Shown piece by piece: positions 5,558 through 14,417 of a stretch of DNA of 28,394 nt. The translations under genes were made by a program, and so were the position numbers. The stretch is from an uncultured Chloroflexia bacterium (lineage in GTDB: Bacteria; Chloroflexota; Ktedonobacteria; Ktedonobacterales; JADMIN01), in contig CAVRAI010000017.1 of NCBI GenBank assembly GCA_963718915.1, positions 1-28,394 of the forward strand, read 5' to 3'. How positions within the stretch are numbered: position 1 is the first letter of the stretch; each line of letters begins with the position of its first letter. The notes below the pieces were generated by a model. It saw only the letters and a program-made list of their open reading frames with translations, had not been told where the DNA came from and ran no database searches.

Positions 5558-6855
5558 TCGGCTTGTCCATCCAGCACGTCATGGTACGCCTGCTCGATAT
5601 GAGGCACGACGTTGCTCACCGTGTAGTTTTCAGCGCGATGAGACGCCTCCTGGCTCATACGCGCGCGCAATTCCGGGTCGGAGATAAGCCGCTGGAGCGC
5701 GCGGGCGAGATCCTCCGCGTCATTCGGTGTCACGAGGAGGCCCGTCCGTTCGTGCAGCACGATATCCGCCAGCCCGCCCGCTCGCGAGGCGACAACTGGT
5801 TTGCCCGCCGCCATCGCCTCGATCATCGCGATGCCAAATGGTTCGTCTGAGACCGATGCAAGCACGCCCAGCATACTCCGACGCCATGCCTCGATCACCG
5901 CATCGTGGGGCCACAGGTCGAATTGCATGACCCCTGGCGAGCGTTTGTAGGGTACCTCCGCGAATTGCCGACCGATGAGCACAAGCGGCGGCGCATCCTT
6001 GAGACGGGAGTACGCCTCCAGCAGAACTGGTACCCCTTTCTGGTATGTCTGGTCGCCAACAAACAAGATATATGGCTCTTGCGGGAGCAGCGCGAGATGC
6101 GGATCGGAGGTCTCTGTATCCCGGTTATCCACCAGATCATCCGGGACAAAATTGGGAATCACCCGAAACGGGGCCTTCGCCCGCACGAGGTCACATCCAC
6201 TCGCGACAGCATTGCTAACGGGCAAAAAGAGATCAACGGCGGTATGTTCGGCGTGCGCCCGGGTGCGTACTCCCGTGACGGTTACCGCGCCTTTTGCCCA
6301 TCCATACTGCTCGCGCGCGCACGCGAGACATTTCCGATATGCAGGGCCGGAGCACGGCGCGCCATGATACAACAGCGTCTTCGTCGCGCACACGAGACTG
6401 TAGTCGTGCAGGCTCAGCACCAATCGCGCGCCGCTTTTCGCGCTCAGCGGCACATAGGAATGGACAATCCAGTTGTGGGCATGGACGATGGCGGGGCGCT
6501 CGCGCTCCACGATTTCCCTGAGCGCGCGCATCGCGCCAGGATCGGGAAATGGCGGCAGATGCTGGCGCGCGGTCTCCTTATAGATCCCTGGTAGGCGCTG
6601 GGTCGTCGAGCGAATACGATACACCCGCACGCCGTCCTCGATGGCATATGGCGGCGTATCGGGCAGCCTGAGCGTTGCGACGGCGACATCATGGCCGCGA
6701 CTCACCAGTTGATGGCTCAAGTCATAGACATATCGTTCTTCGCCGCCGATGATTGGATGATAGAACTGCGCCAGCATCAGAATGCGCACAGGCAAACTCC
6801 CTCTTCCAAACCTTCCATGAGCAGCGCGAGCTACGCATTCATACAGCAGCGACAC
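5539..6855 (-). CDS. family 4 glycosyltransferase (GT4, GT-B fold)
   Basis: N-terminal RILMLAQFYHPIIGGEERYVYDLSHQLVSRGHDV and C-terminal SDEPFGIAMIEAMAAGKPVVASRAGGLADIV (E-x7-E region). The more likely start is the GTG at 6789, preceded by GAGGGA with 8-nt spacing. Confidence 0.9.
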   Translation of the reverse strand: MSLLYECVARAAHGRFGRGSLPVRILMLAQFYHPIIGGEERYVYDLSHQLVSRGHDVAVATLRLPDTPPYAIEDGVRVYRIRSTTQRLPGIYKETARQHLPPFPDPGAMRALREIVERERPAIVHAHNWIVHSYVPLSAKSGARLVLSLHDYSLVCATKTLLYHGAPCSGPAYRKCLACAREQYGWAKGAVTVTGVRTRAHAEHTAVDLFLPVSNAVASGCDLVRAKAPFRVIPNFVPDDLVDNRDTETSDPHLALLPQEPYILFVGDQTYQKGVPVLLEAYSRLKDAPPLVLIGRQFAEVPYKRSPGVMQFDLWPHDAVIEAWRRSMLGVLASVSDEPFGIAMIEAMAAGKPVVASRAGGLADIVLHERTGLLVTPNDAEDLARALQRLISDPELRARMSQEASHRAENYTVSNVVPHIEQAYHDVLDGQADQGRQA

Positions 6856-7097
6856 CCGTTAACGGCGCATTGCTTGAGGATACAGGGGATCACGCGGATG
6901 GTCAACTGCGCAGCGATGAGTACCTTATCCCTTCCGTGTTCAATCCGCATCACATGCGCATTTCATGCACATCACATCCACGTGGCGCCACGGCGCGCGA
7001 ACCATACCAGGAAATCAGGTTGACGTTACGGGGACCCTTCTCTACCGTCATTCTCTAAAGTGGAGTGGCGCTCTTCGCGAGGCGCTCGCTGGAACCA

Positions 7098-7121
7098 CGT
7101 GTGGGCGTGTGGGCGTGTGGG
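7098..7121. repeat. 3 x 8-bp perfect tandem repeat CGTGTGGG in a divergent promoter region
   Basis: CGTGTGGG at 7098-7105, 7106-7113 and 7114-7121. It lies between the divergently transcribed GT4 (start 6855/6789) and the 630-aa membrane protein (start 7209/7239). Confidence 0.7.
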
Positions 7122-7208
7122 AGCATCGGGGCAAAAGTAGGAAACAAGCCAACGCGAATGGTAGAGTGTGAGTGATGAGTCGGGCAGGAGTGGGGAGGGA
7201 CCTGAACA

Positions 7209-9101
7209 GTGTCATTGGAGGTGGCTCCCCAGGCGACAATGGAAGTCATTATACTTCCACCCTCAGGCCTCGGCGCGCGGACTCGTGTTGGCGGCTGGGG
7301 ATATCTGCCAGAGCTGAGCCTGCTTGGCGCTGTTGGGCTGCTGATGGTCGCCGTTGGCTATACCCGTTCGCGCGCCTCGGAAGGTTGGGGGGAACCACTC
7401 TTCTGGTGGGGACTGGTCATCATATTTGCCCCGATCGTCTTCCGCCTCTTCATTCTGCAGACACTGGACAGGCGCGAGCGACTCGGCTTGTTACTGGTAC
7501 TCCAGGTACTGCTCTACTTCGTCACGTCTTTGCAATATCCTCTGGCCTTCAAGGGATTCGATGAGTTCTCTCACTGGCGCACCGCGCAGGATATCGCGGC
7601 CACCGGCCATCTCTTCCAGGATAATTCACTACTGACCATCAGCCCTGTCTATCCAGGGTTGGAAATGGTCACCAACGCCGTCAGCGCTCTCACCGGCCTA
7701 TCTCTCTACCTTTCGGGGCGCATCGTGGTCGGCGTCGCACATCTGCTGCTGGTGCTGGCGCTCTACCTGTTCTTTGAGCGCGTGAGCGGCTCAGCACGGC
7801 TGGCGGGTATCGCGACGGCCCTCTACATGACCAATCCACATTACGTCTTCTTCGACGCCCAATACGCCTACGAGTCCATCGCGCTGCCGATGGCGATCTT
7901 CGTGCTGTTTGTGGCCGCGCGTGCGGTTCATCTGGGCGATCCACTACGCACACGACTCGGCTTCATCATCGCGGCCATCGTTGGCGTATGGACCGTGGTG
8001 GTGATGCATCATCTCACATCGTATGCGCTGATGGGCTTTCTGCTGCTGTGGATGCTCGCATCGCTCCTGCGCAGTCGTCGCACCTGGGATTCGGTCTCCC
8101 TGGGTATTTTCGTCCTCCTTGGTCTGGCTTCCGTCGCGTTCTGGCTCGTCTACACGCAGTCACGCGCGTTAGCCTATCTGACCCCTGTTGTCGCCGGTGC
8201 GGTGCTACAACTCCAGATGATTCTCGCAGGAGAGGCGGCGACAAGACAGTTATTTCACGACTATGGCGGCGAGGTCACGCCGTTGTGGCAGCGGATCGTG
8301 GCATCGGGGTCAGTTGGGTTGATTCTTATCGGGATCATGCCAGGGCTTTACTGGATCTGGCGCAAGCGCGTGAATGCGGGCATCCTCGCGCTTGCGGTCT
8401 GGGCGCTGCTCTACATTCCCAGTCAGGCCTTACGCCTGAGCCAGGCCGGCATCGAGGTGGCCGACCGCGCCACAGAGTTCGTCTTCCTGGGAATCGCCAC
8501 GGTGATCGCGATCAGCATGACGCAATTGAAGCCAGGCCTGCTGAACCGTCAGCTTGCCATTTGGGGATTGACCATAGGCATGACCATACTCTTCATCGGC
8601 GGCATTGTCGCCGGTTCTGGCCCTGACTGGGAGCGTTTCCCCGGCCCCTTCCTGGTATCCGCTGACGAGCGATCGCTCACCCAAGAGGGCATCTCTGCCG
8701 CGCAATGGGCCAGCGTCAGTCTGGGGTCGGGGCATCGTGTCGCCACTGACCGCGTGAATTCGATGCTGATGGCGACCTACGGCCGCCAGCGTGTGATTAC
8801 GAGCCTCGATGACAATCTTGACCCATCGCCAATCTTTACCTCGCTGACATTCGATGATACTGATCTTGGCATCCTGCGCGACGCGCATATCGAATATCTG
8901 GTCGTGGATCTGCGATTGAGTACGGGATTGCCGCGTCGAGGCTTTTACTTCAGCGAAATTGAGCCAGACGCGTTCAACTATACCGCTCCGATTAGTCGAG
9001 CGGCGCTTACCAAATTCGATGATCTGAGCAATGTTGACCGCGTGTTCGACAGCGGCAATATTGTCATCTACGACACCGGAGCGCTCCTGAATGGTTCGTG
9101 A
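7209..9101 (+). CDS. 630-aa polytopic membrane protein with a C-terminal soluble domain; putative GT-C-type glycosyltransferase or glycan polymerase
   Basis: At least 10 hydrophobic segments across the first ~470 aa, with an acidic loop motif FKGFDEFSHWRTAQD after the early TM segments, as in lipid-linked-sugar (GT-C) transferases. The C-terminal ~150 aa are hydrophilic. The cluster context is glycan synthesis. An alternative start is the ATG at 7239. Confidence 0.8.
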   Translation: MSLEVAPQATMEVIILPPSGLGARTRVGGWGYLPELSLLGAVGLLMVAVGYTRSRASEGWGEPLFWWGLVIIFAPIVFRLFILQTLDRRERLGLLLVLQVLLYFVTSLQYPLAFKGFDEFSHWRTAQDIAATGHLFQDNSLLTISPVYPGLEMVTNAVSALTGLSLYLSGRIVVGVAHLLLVLALYLFFERVSGSARLAGIATALYMTNPHYVFFDAQYAYESIALPMAIFVLFVAARAVHLGDPLRTRLGFIIAAIVGVWTVVVMHHLTSYALMGFLLLWMLASLLRSRRTWDSVSLGIFVLLGLASVAFWLVYTQSRALAYLTPVVAGAVLQLQMILAGEAATRQLFHDYGGEVTPLWQRIVASGSVGLILIGIMPGLYWIWRKRVNAGILALAVWALLYIPSQALRLSQAGIEVADRATEFVFLGIATVIAISMTQLKPGLLNRQLAIWGLTIGMTILFIGGIVAGSGPDWERFPGPFLVSADERSLTQEGISAAQWASVSLGSGHRVATDRVNSMLMATYGRQRVITSLDDNLDPSPIFTSLTFDDTDLGILRDAHIEYLVVDLRLSTGLPRRGFYFSEIEPDAFNYTAPISRAALTKFDDLSNVDRVFDSGNIVIYDTGALLNGS

Positions 9102-10041
9102 GTCGTTGGACCTGCTCGGTATCATGCTGATCGTAGCGGGCGAATTTATTTTGGTTGGCTCCGGGATAACCAGTGGTCCAGTCAACATCATCTTTGGCGT
9201 GTTGCTGGCGCTTGTCCTGCCCGGCTATGCGCTCTCGGCGGCGGCGTTCAGGATGCGTAGCGTGCGCACCGCTGAGCGGGCCGCCCTTACCCTGGGAATC
9301 AGTCTCTCGGTTGCGGTCCTTGGCGGCCTGGTGCTGGACGCGCTGCCGGGCGGCCTGGAGACGCAGACCTGGCTGTTTCTCCTCGGCGGCGTGACGGTCG
9401 GCGCATCGGTGGTCGCGCTCTGGAGACGCACGAGACATGCAAGCGCGACGCGCATCCTGGCGCCGCGTCCCATTGCGCTCCCTGCACCGGAAGCGCTCCA
9501 GAAAGCGCCGCAACTCGGGCTGAATCGAGAGAGCGTCGTCTATCTCGCCCAGGTTCTCCGGCGGGCGCTCCAGCGGATTCTTCGGCGCGTGCCATATCGC
9601 CCGATCCTCATTAGCGGGCTGGCCTTCGCGGTCTTCATGACGGGGATTGTTATCGCGGTGAATGGAGCCGTGGCGCAACAGACAGCGACACCCGTGACAC
9701 AACTCTGGATGCTGCCCGATAACAAAGCGCCCACCACGTTGCATCTTGGCATCCACACCGAGGCGGCGACACCCACGGAGTATCGCCTCGCGCTCTCGAT
9801 CAACGGCGTTGCGTATTCGTCGTGGAACCCGATTTTTCTGACCTCTACCGACACCTGGGAGGTGAGCGTGACGATGCCAGCCCCGGCGCCTGGGGATGTT
9901 GAGCAGGTCGAGGCCGATCTCTATCGCGCCGATCATCCCACGACGATCCTGCGCCACGTCAGCGTCGCCCTCAGCGGTGGCGCCGCGCCGACGCCGACAG
10001 CATCGCCCTCACCAGCGCCAACGAAGGGAGCGAAGCCGTGA
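9091..10041 (+). CDS. DUF1616-like membrane protein (N-terminal TM bundle, extracytoplasmic beta-rich domain, Pro/Thr/Ala tail)
   Basis: The start overlaps the upstream gene by 11 nt, suggesting translational coupling. N-terminal TM helices carry ...LALVLPGYALSAAAF..., which I recall as typical of DUF1616. The ORF ends in APTPTASPSPAPTKGAKP. The family call is from memory only. Confidence 0.75.
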   Translation: MVRESLDLLGIMLIVAGEFILVGSGITSGPVNIIFGVLLALVLPGYALSAAAFRMRSVRTAERAALTLGISLSVAVLGGLVLDALPGGLETQTWLFLLGGVTVGASVVALWRRTRHASATRILAPRPIALPAPEALQKAPQLGLNRESVVYLAQVLRRALQRILRRVPYRPILISGLAFAVFMTGIVIAVNGAVAQQTATPVTQLWMLPDNKAPTTLHLGIHTEAATPTEYRLALSINGVAYSSWNPIFLTSTDTWEVSVTMPAPAPGDVEQVEADLYRADHPTTILRHVSVALSGGAAPTPTASPSPAPTKGAKP

Positions 10042-10071
10042 ATGAGCAAGATATCGCCGGCTTGAGAGAGC

Positions 10072-11313
10072 GTGGCCAACAGCATGGGTGAGCGAACGGA
10101 AGAACGACGCGACGTAGCGCATGCGACGCAGCAGCGGCCAATGCGCGTATTATTCGTGACCCCTCGCTACTTTCCATTCATGGGCGGTATCGAGACGCAT
10201 GTGCACGAGGTTGCTCAGCGACTGGCTGCCGCTGGCGTTGATGTGACCGTGCTGACGACGGACCCCAGTGGCAAGCTTCCCGCGCGGGAAGACATCGCCC
10301 AGGTCACGATCAGGCGTGTGCGCGCCTGGCCCGCTCGTAAAGATTACTACTTCGCCCCAGACATTGCCCGTGTCATCGCGCGAGAACCCTGGGATCTCAT
10401 CCACTGCCAGGGCATCCATACTCTCGTCGCGCCACTGGCTATGCTCGCGGCGGTGCGCGCCAGAATCCCGTTCGTTCTGACATTTCACACTGGCGGTCAT
10501 TCATCTCGCATGCGAAATGCGGTGCGCTCCCTGCAATGGGCGACATTACGCCCGCTGCTCGCGCGGGCCAGGGTGCTCATCGGCGTCTCGACCTTCGAGG
10601 CGGACTCCTTTCGCCGCGCGCTACGATTGCCCGCGAATCGCTTCGTCGTCATTCGGAATGGCGGCCAGTTACCATCCCTCGAAAATACTCAGGACTCACG
10701 CGATACACACGACGATGCGCCAGTCGCGCCGGGAGAGGCTGCCAACCAGTCGCGGCCCTATCCACTGATTATCTCCATCGGGAGACTGGAACGCTACAAA
10801 GGGCATCACCGGGTACTCGCTGCCCTGCCATATGTGCGGCGGGACTATCCAGACGCGCGGCTGCTCATCCTGGGCTCCGGCCCCTACGAAGCGACATTGC
10901 GGCGGCTGGCGGAGCGTCTGGGCGTGGCCGATGTGACTGAGATCCGTATGATTCACCCAACCGACCGCGCGGGCATGGCGTCCACACTGGCCGCCGCGGA
11001 TGTGGTGGCGCTGCTCAGCGAGTATGAGGCGCATCCAGTCGCGGTGATGGAGGCGCTGACGGCGCGCCGTCCGGTCCTAGTGGCGTATACCTCTGGGCTG
11101 CGAGAACTGGCCGACGCTCAGCTGGCGCGGGCAATTCCCCTGCGCAGCCCGCCCGCCGAGACCGCGCGCGCAATCGTCGAGCAACTGCGCGATCCACTGA
11201 TTCCATCTGATGTCGCCGTCCCCACCTGGCAGGAGTGCGCCGACGAGCTGCTTGCCATCTATGAACGTGTCGTGGATGAGAGTATGCGCATGCAGCGAAC
11301 TGAGAAGGGATAG
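10072..11313 (+). CDS. family 4 glycosyltransferase (GT4)
   Basis: MRVLFVTPRYFPFMGGIETHVHEVAQRLAAAGVDVTVLT and SEYEAHPVAVMEALTARRPVLVAYTSGLRE. The probable true start is the ATG at 10141 (MRVLFV...). Confidence 0.9.
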   Translation: MANSMGERTEERRDVAHATQQRPMRVLFVTPRYFPFMGGIETHVHEVAQRLAAAGVDVTVLTTDPSGKLPAREDIAQVTIRRVRAWPARKDYYFAPDIARVIAREPWDLIHCQGIHTLVAPLAMLAAVRARIPFVLTFHTGGHSSRMRNAVRSLQWATLRPLLARARVLIGVSTFEADSFRRALRLPANRFVVIRNGGQLPSLENTQDSRDTHDDAPVAPGEAANQSRPYPLIISIGRLERYKGHHRVLAALPYVRRDYPDARLLILGSGPYEATLRRLAERLGVADVTEIRMIHPTDRAGMASTLAAADVVALLSEYEAHPVAVMEALTARRPVLVAYTSGLRELADAQLARAIPLRSPPAETARAIVEQLRDPLIPSDVAVPTWQECADELLAIYERVVDESMRMQRTEKG

Positions 11314-11490
11314 ACGACAGGCCTGATTGTGCCATCAGGTGAGACAGAAACGTTGCGTCATGCTATGGTACGGTTGCCCGAGAGACGGCAACCTGCGTAT
11401 GCGCCTCGGACATGATCCGCGCCCGCGAACGAACCAGCCAATTGCCTTGCCTGCCATGTCCGTGTCTGTGTGATGAGTTGAGGAGAAGAC

Positions 11491-12942
11491 ATGCCGAGAC
11501 CGCCAGCAGCGGAGTCGCCCGCCAGCGACGTGCGCTCCAGGGGCACTGACTCATCTCCGCAACGCGGCAGGCTCACCGCGGGGGTTCGCAGGGGGATACA
11601 CTGGGTCTCGCACTGGATTCAGATCGGGCGCAGAATCATCGCGGTCAGCGCGGCCCAGGTGGGCGCGACAGCGGTTACCTCCGCGCTGGGGTTTGTCTTC
11701 TGGTGGGCGGCGGCGCGTTTCTTCGCGCCAGATATCGTGGGGTTCAGCGCTGCGGCGACCTCGGCCATGATGTTGCTTGGCACGCTGAGTGTCTCGGGCC
11801 TCGGCACCATGCTCATCAAGGAGTTGCCAGGCCATCCACGAGAAAGCGGCCCGCTAATCCTCTCGTCCGCGCTGCTGGCGGGCGCCGTGGCGGGAGCGCT
11901 TGGCCTTGCGCTGGCTGAGGCCGCGCCACTCTTCTCGGATGCGTTGCGCCCACTTGCCGCGAATTGGGGAACCGCGTTGCTCTTCGCGGCAGGTGTGAGC
12001 CTGACGGCTATTACTATTCTCGTGGATCAGGCGGTTCTGGGCCTGCTGCGCGAACGTCTTCAGGTGGTACGCAACACCATCTTCGCGGCGACCAAACTCA
12101 TCGCATTAGTGGGGTTGGGGGTCTGGGCGCTTGGCGGGGCGCAGACCTCGGCGCTGGCGCTCTACGGCATCTACGCGACCTGGTTGGCTGGCAATGTCAT
12201 CTCGCTGGTTATTGTGTTACTCATCGTCCAGGGAAGGCCGTCGGCAGCGTGGCGCCGTCGCCCGAACTGGTCGCTGTTGAGGTCGTTGGGGCCAAGCGCC
12301 GCCGCACACCATGTGTTAAATATGGCCATGCTGGCATCTGGGCTGCTGCTTCCTGTGGTCGTCGCATGGCTCCTCTCCACAACCACCAACGCCTACTTTT
12401 ATACCGCATGGATGATTGCGGGCTTCGTGCGAACGGTGCCTGTCACGTTGAGCATCTCGCTCTACGCCGTGAGCGCGACGGACCCACGCGCGCTAGCGCA
12501 GAAGATGCGTTTCTCGCTCGCGCTTTCGTTCCTCGCTGTGATCGTAGCCAACGTGATTCTGTTCGCGGGCGCGGATCCAATCCTGTCTGTCTTCGGCGCC
12601 TCCTATGGCGCGCATGGGACCTGGAGCCTGCGCATTTTCGGGCTGGCCGTCCTTCCGTTCATCATCAAGGGCCACTATGTGGCGATTCACCGGATTCGGG
12701 GAACTGTCGGAAAGACTGTGCCACTCATGATTTTCGGTGGCGTTCTGGAAGTGGGTGGAGCAACACTGGGCGCCGTGCTGGGTGGACTGCAGGGACTGAG
12801 CATCGCCTGGCTCATCGCCGTCAGCATCCAGGTGATATTCATGGCTCCGACCGTCTATCGCGCAGCGGCAGGCTCGCCTGCTCTCAGTCCGCAAGCATCT
12901 GGGCGCTTCGGGCACGAGAGTACGGAACACGCGGAGGCCTGA
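11491..12942 (+). CDS. Wzx-like oligosaccharide/polysaccharide flippase (MOP superfamily)
   Basis: About 12-14 hydrophobic helices over 483 aa in a glycan cluster. The ATG is preceded by a GAGGAG SD. The family is inferred from topology and context only. Confidence 0.8.
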   Translation: MPRPPAAESPASDVRSRGTDSSPQRGRLTAGVRRGIHWVSHWIQIGRRIIAVSAAQVGATAVTSALGFVFWWAAARFFAPDIVGFSAAATSAMMLLGTLSVSGLGTMLIKELPGHPRESGPLILSSALLAGAVAGALGLALAEAAPLFSDALRPLAANWGTALLFAAGVSLTAITILVDQAVLGLLRERLQVVRNTIFAATKLIALVGLGVWALGGAQTSALALYGIYATWLAGNVISLVIVLLIVQGRPSAAWRRRPNWSLLRSLGPSAAAHHVLNMAMLASGLLLPVVVAWLLSTTTNAYFYTAWMIAGFVRTVPVTLSISLYAVSATDPRALAQKMRFSLALSFLAVIVANVILFAGADPILSVFGASYGAHGTWSLRIFGLAVLPFIIKGHYVAIHRIRGTVGKTVPLMIFGGVLEVGGATLGAVLGGLQGLSIAWLIAVSIQVIFMAPTVYRAAAGSPALSPQASGRFGHESTEHAEA

Positions 12943-12993
12943 CCGCATCAGACCGTTCCATTCAGGGCCAATTCAGAATAAAGCGGAACGCAA

Positions 12994-14400
12994 TTGGGGG
13001 AGACTGATTGCATGATAGAGACATCCACTCCAGGAGCGCAAACTCACAGCGTGCTGGCGAATTTACGACAACGCTGGCAGTTCTATCTCTCTATAGGGCT
13101 ATTGATCGGGCTGGTACTCGGCATCCCCGCAGCGCAACTCTTTGGCCGACTTGGGGCGCTTCTCCCCTGGTCAGGCAGCGGAAATCTGGTGCAAAACGGC
13201 TCGTTCGAGCATCTCGATGGCTGGAATTACGTTGTGCGCCCTGGATCAAGCGCGTCGTTTAACCAGGACAACACCCAGCAGGAAGACGGACTCTATTCGC
13301 TCAACATCGACGTCATGCTGGCCGCGCCGACCCACGCCTGGTACATCCAGGTTCTGCAGAGCAGCATTCCGCTGCAAGCCGGGCATGCGCTGGAGTTATC
13401 ATTCTATGCGAAAGGCGACGCGGGAACAGCTATCGAACCCCTGCTGCAACAGGCGATTGATCCCTTTGCGATTTATTTCGACCGAACGGCGCATCTGACC
13501 TCCACCTGGCAGAAATATAGCTTTACGCTGAAGCCGAGCGTCTCTGATCCCAAAGCCAACCTGGTATTCAATCTGGCGAGCGCGCCCGGCCAAATCTGGC
13601 TTGATAACGTGGTGTTGGCCGCTACCACTTCGTCAGCATCCGCAAACGCCGTCCAAATCCCTACGACAGCGCCCATCCCAACCGCAACGCCGCTCCCTAT
13701 CCAGGCTCCGGCAGGCTGGACGTTAGCCTGGCACGATGAGTTCGATGGCGCTACGGTGGATACGACGAAGTGGAATGTCGTTGACGATGCTCCAGGGGGC
13801 TATTACATTAGCAGTTTACATGACGGTTTGCAGGCCTGGACACCAAAGGCGGTGAGCGTTCAGGGTGGCATGCTGCGCTTCACAAGCTCTCAACAAAACG
13901 TAGATGGCCATAACTACGCCTCAGGCGCGCTCACCACACAGGGCAAATATTCCTTCCTGTATGGGCGGGTGGATGTCCGTGTCCGCGTCCCAAAAGGGGA
14001 TGGCATGTGGCCCGCGATCTGGACACTTCCAGTACACAACACTGCGGTAGGCATCGCTAGCTACGAAACCGATATCCTCGAGCTGCTCGGACAGGATCCG
14101 ACGACTGCCTATGTCGCTCAGCATTCGGCGGGGTATCCACGGAGCTTTTGCACAGCGACCGGCGTTGACTTCTCGGCGGGTTTCCATACGTTTACGATGG
14201 AGTGGGATCCCGGCAAGATCGTGTGGCTGGTTGATGGCGTGCAGCACTGTCTGATCACTGTTGGGGTGCCGAATATACCGATGTATCTCATCATGAACAC
14301 GTATGTCGGTGGCAGTTGGCCTGGCCCGCCAGACCGCACGACCGCGTTTCCCCAGTACACTGATTTCGATTACGTGCGCGTCTACACCCGCAGCTCCTAG
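12994..14400 (+). CDS. membrane-anchored or secreted CBM4/9-like carbohydrate-binding module plus a GH16 beta-glucanase
   Basis: - N-terminal anchor LSIGLLIGLVLGI.
- CBM-like NLVQNGSFEHLDGWNY...IWLDNVVL.
- Pro/Thr linker TTAPIPTATPLP.
- GH16 motifs WHDEFDG, GMWPAIWTLP and the catalytic E-T-D-I-L-E (ExDxxE).
- Alternative start: the ATG at 13012, with a GGGGAG SD. Confidence 0.9.
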   Translation: MGETDCMIETSTPGAQTHSVLANLRQRWQFYLSIGLLIGLVLGIPAAQLFGRLGALLPWSGSGNLVQNGSFEHLDGWNYVVRPGSSASFNQDNTQQEDGLYSLNIDVMLAAPTHAWYIQVLQSSIPLQAGHALELSFYAKGDAGTAIEPLLQQAIDPFAIYFDRTAHLTSTWQKYSFTLKPSVSDPKANLVFNLASAPGQIWLDNVVLAATTSSASANAVQIPTTAPIPTATPLPIQAPAGWTLAWHDEFDGATVDTTKWNVVDDAPGGYYISSLHDGLQAWTPKAVSVQGGMLRFTSSQQNVDGHNYASGALTTQGKYSFLYGRVDVRVRVPKGDGMWPAIWTLPVHNTAVGIASYETDILELLGQDPTTAYVAQHSAGYPRSFCTATGVDFSAGFHTFTMEWDPGKIVWLVDGVQHCLITVGVPNIPMYLIMNTYVGGSWPGPPDRTTAFPQYTDFDYVRVYTRSS

Positions 14401-14417
14401 TAGCCCGGTGGCGCTGC

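Noticed and set aside
5905-6594. 229-aa + strand ORF, plus nested ORFs at 5975-6367 and 6294-6521, antisense to the GT4 gene
   Set aside because: It lies entirely inside a confidently assigned GT4 CDS on the other strand. The translation is R/A/G/P-rich with no motifs. This is a typical shadow ORF of high-GC DNA.
9133-9150. GCGGGCGAATTTATT, resembling the REP-like CGGCGAATTTCC core
   Set aside because: It lies inside the DUF1616-like coding sequence (IVAGEFILVG) and has no partner arm. I treat it as a coincidental partial match.
8430-9957. 253-aa (8430-9191) and 297-aa (9064-9957) minus-strand ORFs
   Set aside because: They are antisense to the 630-aa membrane protein and the DUF1616-like gene. 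Their composition is extremely Arg-rich and low-complexity (RRRERI..., RCRERNGTRRQDARR), and the real genes on the + strand have coherent TM topology.
11964-13007. 347-aa + strand ORF overlapping the flippase in another frame
   Set aside because: The alternative frame encodes an R/G/S/C-rich sequence with no hydrophobic core, whereas the 11491-12942 frame gives a regular multi-TM protein with a good SD.
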